A DNA stretch of 20,597 nucleotides. Source: Ginkgo biloba. Its lineage: Eukaryota > Plantae > Ginkgophyta. Numbering within the stretch: the stretch's first letter is position 1; every line of letters starts with the position of its first letter. The translations under genes were made by a program, and so were the position numbers. Location of the stretch: assembly GCA_024626585.2 (NCBI GenBank), contig JANKJI020000002.1, positions 180,778,747-180,799,343 on the forward strand. The letters run 5' to 3'. Of the stretch, positions 19,882 through 20,597 are shown piece by piece. The notes beneath the pieces are model-generated. The model ran no database searches. It was not told the origin of the DNA and saw only the letters and a list, made by a program, of their open reading frames with translations.

Positions 19882-20597
19882 TTCCCATATTGGAGGATAG
19901 GCCATAAGAGGAGAGCCCCATAGTGAGGGCCAAGGAGGCCATCCACAAAATATACCCCTTCTAGAGGATAAGCTACATGCAAAGAGGACCATGGTAAGAG
20001 CATGGGTAGTGTAGCCCATGGCTAGGGAGGCCAACCATAAGATATTCCCCCTACTAGAGGGAAAGTTATAGGTGGAGAGGTATGGGCAATGTTGCCCATT
20101 TCCAAATAAGAGAGGTTTTTGTTGTCGACAATGGCAAGAAAACAGAGGCTTAAGGTGGCCAAGGTGATCCTCTAGGAGGTGAGCACTTCTCATGATTTTT
20201 GAACCTTTAATGTTTATTTCATTATTCATAGTTTCCTATTTCTAACACTTTCAGGAACATTCGTATGAAAATATGTGCATGATTCCCATAGTTCAAGTGC
20301 TGCGAAGCCTTAATGATATTTTTGGTTTTGTTTATGATGACTAGTCTAATCCTCATATCGACACATGATTTTTGAGTTTTTTGCAATCGTTTACTAATGT
20401 GGTCACTCTAAATATGAAGGCTTGAACATGATTTGATGTGTTGATGTAGGAGGTGGTGAACTTAAGGAACATGAATGAGCTCCTAGGTAGATGGTTGGTG
20501 TCTTGATACGATTAGGGACAGAGTGACTATTTTTAGGGAATGAGTAGGATACATACTAGCAAGACTAGTGGGGCCCACCCTCATCATGAGGGGGGTG
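19882..20597 (-). mobile_element. Probable very old retrotransposon gag-like debris
   Basis: Minus-strand fragment KFTTSYINTSNHVQAF loosely resembles the gag motif PKF.....DP..HV.AF, followed by Pro-rich ORF pieces. No firm domain. Confidence 0.25.

Overview
AT-rich, CpG-depleted plant nuclear DNA from a draft assembly with 18 N-runs, many about 100 nt. The style (long repeat-filled intron, decayed Ty3/gypsy debris) suggests a large-genome land plant such as a gymnosperm; the taxon is an inference. The only clearly intact gene is the 3' part of a cysteinyl-tRNA synthetase (class I aaRS) on the + strand: six exons at 9640-9813, 9935-10216, 11255-11380, 11513-11716, 12012-12113 and 12223-12453, giving 372 aa plus stop, all GT-AG phase-0 introns. 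They encode [12 protein letters not shown], [15 protein letters not shown], KMSKSLGN, the helical domain and the anticodon-binding C-terminus. The N-terminal HIGH-motif exons are not visible, so 1-9639 is probably one long intron (or exons are hidden in gaps). That region holds decayed LTR-retrotransposon pieces: a minus-strand integrase remnant, a + strand gag remnant with four CCHC-knuckle-like motifs, a second gag-like region with a degenerate PBS, and LTR-like segments. A gypsy RNase H remnant lies in another CysRS intron and an LTR end lies about 750 bp past the stop. The most unusual local structures are a perfect 38-bp inverted repeat (5406-5495) inside decayed retroelement sequence and a 135-bp foldback (19204-19338). 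I found no convincing evidence of a novel biological system.
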